DNA from: Folioceros fuciformis | Lineage: Eukaryota | Assembly (NCBI GenBank): GCA_049999805.1 | Contig: JBNGIO010005336.1 | Coordinates: forward strand, 1 to 54,729 | DNA: 54,729 bases | Reading direction: 5' to 3' | Part shown: in pieces, positions 12,419 through 23,781 of the stretch | Numbering within the stretch: position 1 is the stretch's first letter | Layout of the letters: each line of letters starts with the position of its first letter | Program-made: the position numbers and the translations under genes | Notes under the pieces: generated by a model | Seen by the model: the letters and a program-made list of their open reading frames with translations, nothing else | The model's database searches: none | Told to the model about the DNA's origin: nothing

Positions 12419-12640
12419 TTGGGAGTTGGTAGGTTGGACAGGTTTTATATACCTTCAATATGGTTGTCATTTGTGCCGTCGTACAATATCCTCGCTAGAA
12501 CGATCCTATCCGACCACCACCCAATTAGCTTGCACTTAAAGCTTGTTCCAGCCTCTGGGCGTCAAAGGAAGCATATACAAAATTTTCAGATGAACACATC
12601 CTCACTGAAGGAAAAAGGTGTGTTTGAATATATCAAAGGA
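12419..12640 (+). mobile_element. Non-LTR (LINE) retrotransposon endonuclease fragment
   Basis: RLDRFYIP...ILSDHHPISL matches the APE-type endonuclease C-terminal motifs RLDR and SDHxP of L1/Tx1-like LINEs. The surrounding 11.6-13.8 kb is non-genic and looks like TE debris. Confidence 0.7.
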
Positions 12641-13814
12641 ATCGAATGGGGGCAGAACCTACGGCGCTCAAACTAACAATAAAGCGACTAGGGATACAGC
12701 GGGCAAAAGAGCAACGCCAGAAAAAAAAGTTATTTATGAGAGAACTAAGCTGGTTACAAAAGGAAGGGCGAGGAACGGGACTTCACAAGCGCAGAAGAGA
12801 CCCGGAAACTATAGATGCCTAGAAGAGCCAAGCCGTAGTAGGCCTAACTCAATCGCCGAAGCCGGCTCGAGGAGGTGGGGACAGGGGGTCTTAGTTTTAA
12901 CCTCGGCAAGCCTCCTTGGGCCACGGGAGCGGGCTTACGGAGGGGGGAGCCTCATGAGCCGTTGGTCGCGGGCCCGCGGCAAGCCTCCATGGGCCGAAGG
13001 GGGGCGGAGAGACCGTGGGAGGGAGCGAGGGGTGGGAAGGACAAGTAGGGAACCTCGACCACAGGAGTCCACGCCTGCATTGAAAGTAATGAGGCCACAT
13101 CTAAAGTCCTGGAAGCTTGCAATACCATAGTTCAAACTTGTTATTCCCTTTGTCTCGTGCAAGAGGGCAGGAATCGCTTGAACGACGTATGTGTGCCTTT
13201 ATGCTTATCAATGAGCCATCCACCTTGTCAAAGTTGATGTGCACTCTGCTCTGGCATTACGTAGGAAGTCCACACATCCTGCCTTTGGCCATAGGGCACC
13301 GGCATACTGGTGCCCTCGTCTACGCTCCATGAATGCTACCCTAGGGTATCATTTGCCACAACAATATCATTTGCAAGGAAAGCCCTAGGTGATGGTATGG
13401 AGACCTGGGTTGTTAGTTCATCCAATATCAAAGTCCAGCTAGGCATCTCAGGGATCAGCCAATCTCCTGATCACACGTTCAGACTGTAGATTTGTCAGAA
13501 GCTGCGAGTACAAAGGACATGACAGAACAGATTGAGCAAACCAAGAAAAGGGGGTAAGGCCATGGCCCTGTAATATTCGTTCCCAGGCTCGATTCTTACA
13601 CTTGGAACGGAACAAATTCCGAGATACAATTCCAACAAGCCCAAAGGGCTCTCTAACTCATGTCCTCTCATTTCTTTATCTTCTGGCCAGTGAGCCTCTA
13701 GAGCTCTGTACATCAGCAGGAGCCTTCCTGTTCTCCGGCTCAAAACACAACCTCTCATTTCCCCTGACAGCCCAAACCTAACGTTATATGAGGTGTCACA
13801 TAGGTGTATAGCTG

Positions 13815-16800
13815 TTAACGCTGTGGGAACCCTTGATCACGGACCACAAAAGTTCGAACTTGCTGCTCACACTCAATCCAGCTCGTGCCTTGTTTCTTCC
13901 GTGCACCTTCACTTTGTCTTATAACATGCACCTCCAGGGCGCGTTCCAAAAGACCGGCATCAGAGTAGATCTGTGACATTAACAGATATGAAGCAGCATG
14001 TGTCGGCTGCAGACGAACTGCAGAGTGAAAGGCTTTTTCACCTAGCCCTACATTGCCATGCTTCCGACAAGCACCGAGCAAAGATAAGCACATGGCCAGA
14101 TCAGGCTGCACTGGCATATTTGACAGCAAATCTAGTAATGGTGTAAAGCATCCTGCGCGGCCATACAAGTCTACCATGCTCACGTAGTGCTGAATGTCTG
14201 GAGTTAGTCCATGATCCCTGCTCATGGATGCGAAGTATTGAACGCCTTTGTCGACGAGCCCAGCATGGCTACAGGCAGAAATGAGTGAGAGAAATGTAAC
14301 TTGATCTGGCTTCAAACCCACCTCCTGCATTTTCTCGTAGCATTGGAGGGCCTCTGGACAGCACCCATGCTGCGCATATCCAGCAATCATGGCATTCCAA
14401 GTGACAATGTCTCTAGTGGGCAATCTTTCAAAAACTTTGCAGGCATCCTGTAAGCTCCCGCATTTTGCATACATGTCCACCAGGCTGCTGCCAACGACCA
14501 CGTCAGCCTCCAGTCCCGAGTCCTGAATCTGGGCATGGAGCTGCTCTCCTTTACGTAGAGTTCCAATACTGGCACAAGCTTTCAAGAGGGAAGTAAATGT
14601 AATGTGATCAGGAGGAGGACCCCCCTCCAGTTGCATCCTTGCATAAAGGGCAAGGGCTTCCTGACCAGGGCCATGTTGAGCATATCCTTGGATCATAACA
14701 TTCCAAGTCACTATGTCTTTGGTGGTCAGTCTCTCAAATACGCTCCGAGCATCCTCTAAGCTGCCACATTTGGCATACATGTCCATGAGACAGTTGCCAA
14801 TAACCGCATCCTTTTCTAATCCTTGACCTGTTATTTGGGAATGAAGCTCCTTACCCTGAGGCAAGGCTCCAACACTCCCACATGCTCTCAATAGGCAGGC
14901 AAGCACAATATGATCAGTTGGTGTGATGCCCTCCTCTTGCATCCTGTTGTACAGAGCGAGAGATTCTTCACCAACCCCATGTTCAGCATAGCCAGAGATC
15001 ATGGTAGTCCACGTTACCACATCTTTGATTGGCATCCTGTCAAACACCCTTCGAGCATCTTCTAAGCTCCCACACTTTGCATACATGTCCACAAGGCAGT
15101 TGCCAATGACAATATCATCTTGCAGACCGCTGCTCCGAATCTCGGTGTGAAGTTTCTTGCCCTCATACAAAGCTCCCAGGCTCGTGCATGCTTTCAGGAC
15201 GCAGACAAATGTGATATGATTGGCTTGTATGATGCCTTCCTGATGCATAACCGCGTAAAGACTAAGAGCTTCTTGACCAAGCTCATGCTGGGAATAACCT
15301 GCAAGCATAGCATTCCACGACACCACATCTTTGGTGGTTAGTCTATCAAATACACTTCGAGCAGTCTCCAGGCTTCCACACTTTGCATACATATCCACGA
15401 GAGAGTTCCCAGTGACCAAGTTAATCAATCCTTTGGACTCCATATCGAGATGGATCTGCTTTCCCTGGTGTAGATCTCCGATGCTGGCACATGCCTTTAA
15501 CAGGGCGGAAAGCGTGATAAGATCAGGTGGGGTGATGCCCTCCTCCTGCATCCTTGAATAGACGGCAAGAGCTTCCCTGCCCATGCCATGCTGGGCATAG
15601 CCTGTAATCATGGCATTCCAGGTCACCAAATCTTTTCTGGGAACACGGTCAAACACTGTGCGTGCATCCTCTAAGCTTCCACATTTTGCATACATGAACA
15701 CCAAGCTGTTGCAAATCACCACGTCACTGTCCAGTCCTCTTTCCTGAACTTGGAAGTGAAACTCCTTGCCCAGATGTAAAGCTCCAATGGTTGCGCACGC
15801 TTTCAGGAGGGCCACAAACGTGACCTGATTCGCTGGCATGGAGCACTCCTGTCGCATATTTGCATAAAGGCCAAGCGTTTCTTGAGCAAGCCCATGGTGC
15901 ACATATCCGGCCAGCATGGCATTCCACGTGACCACATCTTTCACTGTCAACTTGTCAAACACACTGCAAGCATCCTCTAGACTCCCACACTTGGCATACA
16001 TGTCCACCAGAGAGTTGCCAATTATACCATCAGCTTCCAGTCCTTGGCTCAGAATCTGGGAATGAATCTGCCTTCCTCGATGTAAAGAACTAACATTAGC
16101 GCATGCTTTTAGCAGGTAGGCAAATGCAATATGATCCACGGAAGCAAGGGCCTCCTGTTGCAGACTTTCATATAGAGTCAAAGCCTCTTGGCCAAGCCCG
16201 TGGTGAGCATACCCGGAAAGCATCACGTTCCATGACACCGCATCTCTCATTGGCAATGCATCAAACAGTCTGCGCGCATCTTCTAAGCCGCTACATTTTG
16301 CATACATATCAATGAGGCAGTTTCCAATGGTACAATCACTTTCCAGCCCTCGTTCCTGAATCTCAGCATGAAGTTTCTTTCCTTGATACAAGTCTCGAGC
16401 GTTTGAGCAAGCCTTCAGAAGACACACGTATGTCACACGGTTTGATGGAGAGGAAACGAACTGTTGCATAACTGTGTACAGCCTAAGGCACTCTTGCCCT
16501 AATCCGTGCTGAGCATACCCTCCAAGCATTGCATTCCACGTCACAACATCTTTGATGATCAACTTATCAAACACCCTGCGTGCATCCACCAGGCTTCCAC
16601 ATTTGGAGTACATGTCCACTAGACAACTACCAAGGACAATGTCAGCGTCCAATCCCATTTCCTGAATCCAGTGATGAAACTTTTTCCCTTGCTCCAGATC
16701 TCCAATGCCAGAGCAAGCTTTCAGAAGGCAGACGAGTGTGACTCGATCAACTGAAGTGATGTCCCTCTGTTGCATGATGGCGAAGAGATCTAAAGCATCT

Positions 16801-17742
16801 TGATAAAGCCCGTTCTTGGCATATGCTGCCATCATAGCATTCCACAGCACCACGTCCTTTACAGATAAGCTATCAAAAACTTTGCGAGCATCTCCCAAGC
16901 TGCCGCATTTGGTATACATGTCGACCAGACTGCTAGCAACGTATACATTGGGCTCACCCATGGTACCCAGAACATCAGCATGGACTTGTTTGCCGAATGC
17001 CAAATCTGTTGCATTTCCACATGCTTTGAGGACAGCAACAAAGATATACTTGTTTGGCTTGGCAGCCGACTGCTGCATCTGTCTAAAAAGCTGTAAAGCA
17101 AGTCCAGGCTGTCCGTGATCAGCATGAGCCAAAATGATGGAGGACCATACGAAAGTGTCTGGTGCAAGCAATTTGTTGAACACCTGCATTGCTTCCTGCA
17201 ACCTGCCATGCGACACATAGATACGAATGATGTCGTTGGCCAAAAACGCACTTGACTCATACCCACTCTTGCAAGTAAGAGCATGGACGCTCCTACCAAG
17301 ATCCAGATCGTTTTCCATCTTGCAGTCTTCAAGAACTCCATGCAAGAGCGATGAAGGAACATACGATCCTCTTTCCACCATGAGGCCCAACTGCTGAACA
17401 GCAACATAGTCCTGGCCATCATCACGTGATCCTCTCTGGTTCCCATCGCTTAGTTCCCTTTCCACCCCCCTGCACGATTGACGAATTTCAAGGCGGAAAA
17501 GCCAATTAGGCAAGCATGGCAACAAGAAAATTGGACCCAACTTCTCACCCGTGTATTGCAGCGTCGTGCGTTCGTGTCAAATGATGTGCACGAGGACGTC
17601 CTTGATGCTCACGAAAATGGTTTGCTGTTTGCCTGAGCGATGACAAGAGCCCACACCGTAGCTTCCAAGTGCTGGGTCGACCTTGTATTTGGCGCAACAG
17701 GGTCAAATGTGAGGCGGTTCCACCAGCTCTTCTCGCGCTCAT
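13815..17742 (-). CDS. PLS-class PPR protein, E/E+ type, no DYW domain (PPR-A)
   Basis: Exon 1 (17742-17549; ATG, R/S/A-rich transit-like MSARRAGG...) is spliced via a 79-nt GT-AG intron (17548-17470) into the long ORF. It has 9 xxMYxKC S-motif units in P-L-S triplets, then E1/E2 motifs and a PG-box-like KKQGTSWIE...FVVRD before the stop. Confidence 0.92.
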
Positions 17743-18084
17743 TTGAAGGGGACTTCATTTGCGGCTTCGCATTGAGGGACAGTCCCAGTACCACGCGATG
17801 ACCGGCGCTGGGGATCAGGTGGAAAACTGACGGGGCAAGCGCCATGGAAGCCGATGCTGTACAAAATTGCGTTTTTGATTTGAATCGAAGCTTGTTCCCC
17901 ACCCCCTGACAGTTGGTTTTCCTCCGCCCTTTCGTCATACCCATTGGAGCTCTCAGTTAGATAGTCAGGACTTGTGCCATGAGCTGGTACAGGGGAGATG
18001 CGTGGTCGGCTTGGTGGCAATTTGTTTGGGTGGCGCTCGGTTCCAGTCGAATTCGGTCCCCACGTCGAGAACTTGTGCAAGCAC

Positions 18085-18190
18085 CAGTTGATTATCCTCG
18101 GGCGTACCGAACCAGAGCAGAGAACGCCCACTCCCACAGTTGATATCCCTGGGCGTACCGAAGCAGTGCAGAGAACGCCCACTCCCACAG
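18085..18190. repeat. ~52-bp tandem duplication between the divergent PPR genes
   Basis: cagttgat...gggcgtaccgaa..gcagagaacgcccactccca at 18085 and 18137. Confidence 0.85.
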
Positions 18191-18245
18191 GGACCGGAAC
18201 CCTCGAACTGTCTATGTCTACGAAGCTCCCAATTCCGAGCTGGCT

Positions 18246-20579
18246 GTGGGAATTTTGTTGAGAGGTGTAGTTTTCTTCCGCCGGCCTTCAGCTGCGTTGC
18301 CAACATGTGAAGCTCTTGCAGGCAGACTTGGGGATACAAACCTGAACCATGGCAATTTTGACAGTACAAGAGCAGCCGGACCTGACACGTACTCGAAGAA
18401 TGGAACCTGCAGAGAATCAAGTGGAGATGGACTCAGTAAGGAAGTTGAGGCGTTGGCCCTTCTGGTGGCACAAGGGTCGTATGTGTCGTCATCCTTGTTC
18501 CATTCTCTCCTCAGAAGTTGTGCAGTTGACAAGGATGGCATTCTGGGAACGCGTGTTCATGCTCTTGTACTTAAAAGCGGGTCCCTCTCTAACACGTCTT
18601 TGGCAGAGCGGATCATTCGCATGTATGCTTCTCATGGGAGCTTGCACAGGGCTACTAATGTGTTCGATAGTGTAGCCACACGCAATGCTTCCTTGTGGCT
18701 CTCCATTATTCTGGCACATGCTGAACATGGGCAACCCACCCATGTCATACGACTGTACAAACAGATGCAACTGTCAGCTGTGAAACCCAACACCTACGTG
18801 TTCGTGGCGGTGCTAAAAGCCTGTGGTGCAGCATTAGATGTCGTATCGGGCAAGGAGGTACATGCTGAGATTGTGCGGAGTAAGTGTGAGTTGAATGTGT
18901 TCCTTGGCAGCAGCCTGGTGAACATGTATGCAAAATGTGGGAATTTGGAGGATGCCCGCGTAGTGTTCGACGGCTTAACCTGCAAGGACGTGGTGTCATG
19001 GAATGCAATGATTGCAGGATACGCTCAGCATGGGCTCAGTCAGGAGTCGTTTGCTCTGTTCTCCAGTATGCAACAGGAGGGTGCCATTTCAGGGAATCAG
19101 TCCACATTTGTGTGCCTCCTTAAAGCGTGTGCCAGCTTTGGAGCTTTACATCAGGGCAAGGAGCTTCACTCCCAGATTCGGAAGAGGGGCTGGGGAGGTG
19201 ACGTGGTTCTCGGTAGCTGCCTAGTGGACATGTATGCAAAATGCGGCAGCCTTGAGGATGCTCGCCATGTGTTTGACATGTTGCCCCTGAAAGACGTCAT
19301 CACATGGACTGCCATGATTGCAGGATATGCTAAGGAAGGGTGGGGTGAAGAATGTCTCATGCTGTACGCTGATATGAAGAGGGATGGCATCAGTCCAGCT
19401 GATCATGTCACATTCGTTTGTCTTTTGAAAGCTTGTGCCAGTGTTGGGGCTCTACATCAAGGTGAACAGCTTCACGCTCAGATTCTTGGCCAGGGATTCG
19501 GGGCAGACCTTATTGTCGGGAACAGTCTGGTGGACATGTACGCAAAATGTGGGAGCTTAGAATATTCCCGGCGGGTGTTCGAAAAGATGCCTGTCAGAGA
19601 TGTGGTAACATGGAACGCACTGCTTGCAGGCTATGCTCATCATGGGCTCGGCCAAGAATCCCTGAGCCTTTATTCAAGTATGCAGCAGGAGGGTATTTGT
19701 GTGCCGAATCATGTTACCTGGATGTGCCTTTTGAAAGCATGTGCTAGTATTGGAGCCTTGCATCAAGGTATAGAGATACACTCCCATGTTCAAGAAAACG
19801 GACTCCAGGCCGATGTGCTTATTGGCAACTGCCTGTTGGACATGTATGCAAAATGCGGGAACCTTGATCGTGCCTGGCAAGTATTTGAGGCACTCCCAAG
19901 CAGGGATGTGGTGGCTTGGAACACGATGCTTGCGGGATATGCTCAGCACGGATGCTGTAAGGAAGCCCTGCAATGCTATGAGAGAATGCAGGTAGCCGGG
20001 AGGAAGCCTGACGCTGTCACCTTCCTTGCACTTCTCTCTGCATGTCGACATTCTGGTCTAGTGGATCAAGGGGTGGTGTATTTTAACTCCATGAGCCGAG
20101 ATCATGGCATACCTCCAGCAATCGACCACTACGTGAGTATGGTAGACCTCTTTGCCCGTGCAGGACATTTCAAGCAGGTAGAAAACATGCTGCTCACGAT
20201 GCCAATGCAGCCTAATCGGGCCTTGTGGCTGTGCTTGCTGGGTGGGTGTCGAAAACATGGCAACGCAGTTCTCGGGGAACGGGCATTTGAATGTGCAGTA
20301 AATCTGGACCCCAAGAATGCCGCGCCGTATTTGCTGATGTCACAGACGTATGCTGCCGCTGGTATCTCTGAACATGCAACAGAGCTGCACAGGCTAAGGG
20401 AGAAGCAAGGTGGCTGGAAGGACCCTGCCCAGAGCTGGATTGAACATGAACAGGAAGTGTACTCGTTTGTAGTTGGAGATAACCACTCGCAGCACGAGGA
20501 ACTGTATGACCTTTTAGAAAAGGTAAACCTTCAGCTGAAGAAGGGCATTGTACAGACTCACAAGCAAGATGCACTATAG
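18246..20579 (+). CDS. PLS-class PPR protein, E/E+ type, no DYW (PPR-B); true start unresolved
   Basis: 4 MYAKC units in PLS triplets, E domains and WKDPAQSWIE...FVVGD...EELYDLL. There is no in-frame ATG before the PPR region, so an upstream exon is likely. Confidence 0.92.
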   Translation: MGILLRGVVFFRRPSAALPTCEALAGRLGDTNLNHGNFDSTRAAGPDTYSKNGTCRESSGDGLSKEVEALALLVAQGSYVSSSLFHSLLRSCAVDKDGILGTRVHALVLKSGSLSNTSLAERIIRMYASHGSLHRATNVFDSVATRNASLWLSIILAHAEHGQPTHVIRLYKQMQLSAVKPNTYVFVAVLKACGAALDVVSGKEVHAEIVRSKCELNVFLGSSLVNMYAKCGNLEDARVVFDGLTCKDVVSWNAMIAGYAQHGLSQESFALFSSMQQEGAISGNQSTFVCLLKACASFGALHQGKELHSQIRKRGWGGDVVLGSCLVDMYAKCGSLEDARHVFDMLPLKDVITWTAMIAGYAKEGWGEECLMLYADMKRDGISPADHVTFVCLLKACASVGALHQGEQLHAQILGQGFGADLIVGNSLVDMYAKCGSLEYSRRVFEKMPVRDVVTWNALLAGYAHHGLGQESLSLYSSMQQEGICVPNHVTWMCLLKACASIGALHQGIEIHSHVQENGLQADVLIGNCLLDMYAKCGNLDRAWQVFEALPSRDVVAWNTMLAGYAQHGCCKEALQCYERMQVAGRKPDAVTFLALLSACRHSGLVDQGVVYFNSMSRDHGIPPAIDHYVSMVDLFARAGHFKQVENMLLTMPMQPNRALWLCLLGGCRKHGNAVLGERAFECAVNLDPKNAAPYLLMSQTYAAAGISEHATELHRLREKQGGWKDPAQSWIEHEQEVYSFVVGDNHSQHEELYDLLEKVNLQLKKGIVQTHKQDAL

Positions 20580-20948
20580 ATCAGTTGATCTTCCCACTCA
20601 CCTAAGACACTGAATTTGGTGACAGTATGCCAAGGGGAGACCTTTCCAGGCAACCTAACCAGAAACTTTTTTCTTCAATCTAGTCGAACAGAAGAAAAAC
20701 CTCGATCAGGGCCAACAGCTTATGATGCTGGCCCATTTCTGAAGCCCAGGTCCTAGTAATGAATCCATTTCATTCTCATTCAGTTGAGCTCCGTATTTTA
20801 CGGACATGATTAGAAAAGGGCCAAAATGGTGATGTTTTTGGCATCAAGTGCTGTTCCTTTGCCTCGTACGGTGGACATCGGTTGATCAAAAGAATTCCGC
20901 CGCACAATGGCTCTACTTTAATGCGTCATCCTTTTTGTTTTGATTTGT

Positions 20949-21063
20949 GGAGCCCACAGGACTCACTCCAAAAAGTAGGTATGCCGCTATCTGTAACCCG
21001 CGCACGGTATTCTTTAGTAAAAGGCGAAAGAATAGTTCGCTGTGCGCTGATCACGCGGCTCAT
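20949..21063 (-). ncRNA. U5: U5 spliceosomal snRNA, copy 1
   Basis: The minus strand reads GAGCCGCGTGATCAGCGCACAGCGAACTATTCTTTCGCCTTTTACTAAAGAATACCGTGCGCGGGTTAC...GCGGC...ACTTTTTGG...GAGTCCTGTGGGCTC. This gives the invariant loop 1 GCCUUUUAC, a U-rich Sm site and a 3' hairpin. Confidence 0.93.
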
Positions 21064-21086
21064 GCTCTACCGGTGAGGGCATGCTT

Positions 21087-21142
21087 AGTATAAGTATAAG
21101 CCGAAGTGCTACGCAAGTATTGCCGTTAATATGGGGTATATG
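21087..21142 (-). promoter_or_regulatory. snRNA promoter of U5 copy 1 (USE-like + TATA-like)
   Basis: ATATACCCCATAT at about -75 and TATACTTATAC at about -30, with the same motifs and spacing in all three U5 copies. Confidence 0.7.
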
Positions 21143-22031
21143 TAAGAAAGCCGAGCAAGACTTCGTTGGTCGATAGTTGCGATGTTGTTATTTTCCCTCC
21201 TAGTGTGGGATGCCTTCGATGAGGGGCTGTTCACGTTTGGCGGTGACAGATAGCAACAATATTACGTACTTGAAGAACGAAGAGCCTGCCAATCCTTTTT
21301 ACGCTCTCTTCTAATGACAATAGGTAGCGGGTCTACCGTAATAGAGAACAGTTTTGGCTGATGCGACCAGAGGAAGCCAGAAATGGGAACATGCGTTCTT
21401 GCTCTAAGATGCTCCAGGTTTACTAGAGCTTTGGCTGCAGCATACACGAACCGTCGGCGTATCCAATGCTTGCCAGAGAGAGAGGTGAAAGTTTTTTCTT
21501 TTTTCTTCGCTTTCGGTTTACGTCATATTATTCCTGTTTCATGCATAAACCTGGCCTCCACCGCGCCATGCTCCCTTGGTGTTGCTCTCCCACACCTTCC
21601 ACGCTCCCTGCTCTTGTGCCCGCTCCTGCGCAACTAACGAGCATCAAATTCTATTTCTGGAAGCGCAAGAGTAGGATGTTGTTTGTACTGGCATGCATTT
21701 TACAGAAGCATGTACAGCAGGAGAATTCACAATGATAAAAATATTTATGTCCTTCAAACATAAAGAAAGAAAATATTTTTTATGATTGAAAAAGAGATGG
21801 AAAGTCCCATCTACTCCAAAGATTTGGAGGAACAATCCCATTAGGACCAAAAGGCAAAAAGAGATACTCTCCCAACAAATATCATTTTTAAAAACTACTA
21901 CTATTGTTATGATGTGGAATAACAAAAGCCTTACCTACCATAGATGTCGAAGAAGCCGCTTGACCTGTGCTTATTGCTGTTCAAAAAAACTGCATTGGCC
22001 AATGCTTATTGACATAAGAAACATTTCCTAC

Positions 22032-22115
22032 TTGTAAGCTTTGAGAGAGAAAAGCATCTCATCCTTGCAAGCTTTGAGAGAGAAAAACATCCCATCCTTG
22101 CAAGCTTTGAGAGAA
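22032..22115. repeat. 33-bp minisatellite (~2.5 copies)
   Basis: ttgYaagctttgagagagaaaaRcatcYcatcc is repeated here; only ~1.5 copies sit at the paralogous 24284-24335. Confidence 0.8.
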
Positions 22116-22659
22116 ATCTAGGTTCAGTTGTTGTTAAGGGGATGGAATGTGATAGCCAGTTGTTATTGTGACAGCATTCCCTTCAGTACATTGTGGTAAA
22201 TTATCCCCTATTCGAGAGCTTTATATCGTGCGCTCATTCCCCTATAATTTGGGCGACATCCCTTCCACTAAGAAGTTTAAATTTTGGGAAGGTTTTGTAA
22301 TGCATTTTGGATCGGGGCCAATTACGGCTAGTTGGCCCCGCACAGTCAAATATAAGTAGTATCGAGAAGTCGCACGCAGCAAAAGTTGCGCTCCTCGGGT
22401 TTGGCGGAGGGGTAAGAGCCTTCCCACTCATGCTTAAGAGGTGTGTATTCATTTAAGCTGTGTATCCATCTTTACACCATTAGGTCTCCGACTCTCATAC
22501 ATGTGTACCCAGCTTTACACTTTGGGCTGCTCTGTATCCGGACGTGTATCCAATCTTCACACTTTGAGCTGCTCTTTATCCGGACGTATCCATCTTCACA
22601 CTTTGAGTTGCTGCGTGCAGGATCCCGATGTTCAGTTGGAAGGGCTGATTGTCTTCCTT

Positions 22660-22950
22660 GTCACACATGAACTGGTAGACGCACGCCGAGATTTTGTCAG
22701 CTTGCGCAAATGTGCAGGCAACGAGCAGGTGCTGAAGAGACCCAAGCAGGAGCTGCAGCGCACCCGGCTGGGTCTCACATACTGTACTATTCCAAGAGAG
22801 ATACGCGGGCCATGCAAGAGGAAGGCCATGATTGCACCCGCCTATGTGACACATACGGGACCCCCCTCCTGCGAGCATATGCAAGTGTGGGACAGGCTGT
22901 AGCCATGTCCGAGGTCCCAGAGATAGGAGATGCAGGTCTCTGACTCTGCA
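22660..22950 (+). pseudogene. Heavily decayed PPR fragment (paralogue at ~24880-25160)
   Basis: Broken frames give ELVDARRDF and AMQEEGH...LLRAYASVG, which resemble the SLVDARRVF and MQEEG...LLRACASVG PPR motifs. Confidence 0.45.
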
Positions 22951-22959
22951 GGGAAGCTG

Positions 22960-23556
22960 CTCATACCCACTCTCGCAAGTAAGAGCATGGACGCTCTTAC
23001 CAAGATTCAGATCTTTTTCCATATTGCTGCCTTCAAGAACACCATGCAGGAGCGACGAACGAACATACGACCCTTGTTTCACCATCAGGCCCAGCTGCTG
23101 AACAGCAATATAGTCCTGGCCATCATCACGTGATCCTTTCTGGTTCCCATCCCTTAGGTCCTTCTCCACGCCCCCGCACGATTGACGAATTTCAAGGCGG
23201 AAAAGCCAATTAGGCAAGCATGGCAACAAGAAAATTGGACCCAACTTCTCACCCGTGTATTGCAGCGTCGTGCGTTCGTGTCAAATGATGTGCACGAGGA
23301 CGTCCTTGATGCTCACGAAAATGGTTTGCTGTTTGCCTGACCGAGACAAGGGCCCACACCGTAGCTTCCAAGTGCTGGGTCGACCTTGTGTGAGGCGGTT
23401 CCACCAGCTCTTCTCGCGCTCATTTGAAGGGAACTTCATTTGCGGCTTCGAATTGTGGAACTGTCCCAGTACCACGCAATGACCGGCGCTGGGGATCATA
23501 CGGAAACCAGATGGGGCAAGCCCAATGGATGCGGGATGCTGTACAACATTGCGTTT
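22960..23556 (-). pseudogene. Truncated, frameshifted copy of the PPR-A promoter, exon 1, intron and N-terminus
   Basis: Near-identical to 17256-17875. Exon 1 (ATG 23423) has 22-nt and 1-nt deletions, and homology stops after ...ESGYE. Confidence 0.9.
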
Positions 23557-23665
23557 GTTTGGTATGAAGGGGAGGACTCGCTGTTTGTTTGTTAAAAACA
23601 AACAAATCGGAGGGTAAGACTTCGATAGATCCCGCAGCTCAGTCATCCTTTTTATTTTAGATTGT

Positions 23666-23781
23666 GGAGTCCAGAGGACTCACTCCAAAAAGTGTAGTAT
23701 GCCGCTCATCGTAACCCGCGCACGGTATTCTTTAGTAAAAGGCGAAAGAATAGTTCGCTTAGAGCTGATTACACGGCTTCT
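23666..23781 (-). ncRNA. U5: U5 spliceosomal snRNA, copy 2
   Basis: Minus strand: AAGCCGTGTAATCAGCTCTAAGCGAACTATTCTTTCGCCTTTTACTAAAGAATACCGTGCGC...ACTTTTTGG...GAGTCCTCTGGACTC. USE/TATA-like motifs lie at 23804-23858. Confidence 0.88.

Larger units (their letters stand above)
20925..22960. repeat. Segmental duplication, copy A (paralogous to 23642-25165)
   Basis: Colinear similarity runs from gtcatcctttt through U5, the upstream region, a hairpin and minisatellites to ctgcagggRagctgc. Confidence 0.85.

Noticed and set aside
13386-13805. Solo LTR bounded by TG...CA with a tagg duplication
   Set aside because: Only a 4-bp match, easily due to chance, so it was not called as a feature.
18055-18068. 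GTCCCCACGTCG resembling an angiosperm USE
   Set aside because: No TATA at the expected spacing and no recognisable snRNA downstream.
20400-20579. Possible DYW:KP-type (U-to-C) editing domain in PPR-B from WKDPAQSWIE
   Set aside because: It keeps the SWIE of the PG-type box and ends before any deaminase motif, so nothing supports catalytic or reverse-editing activity.
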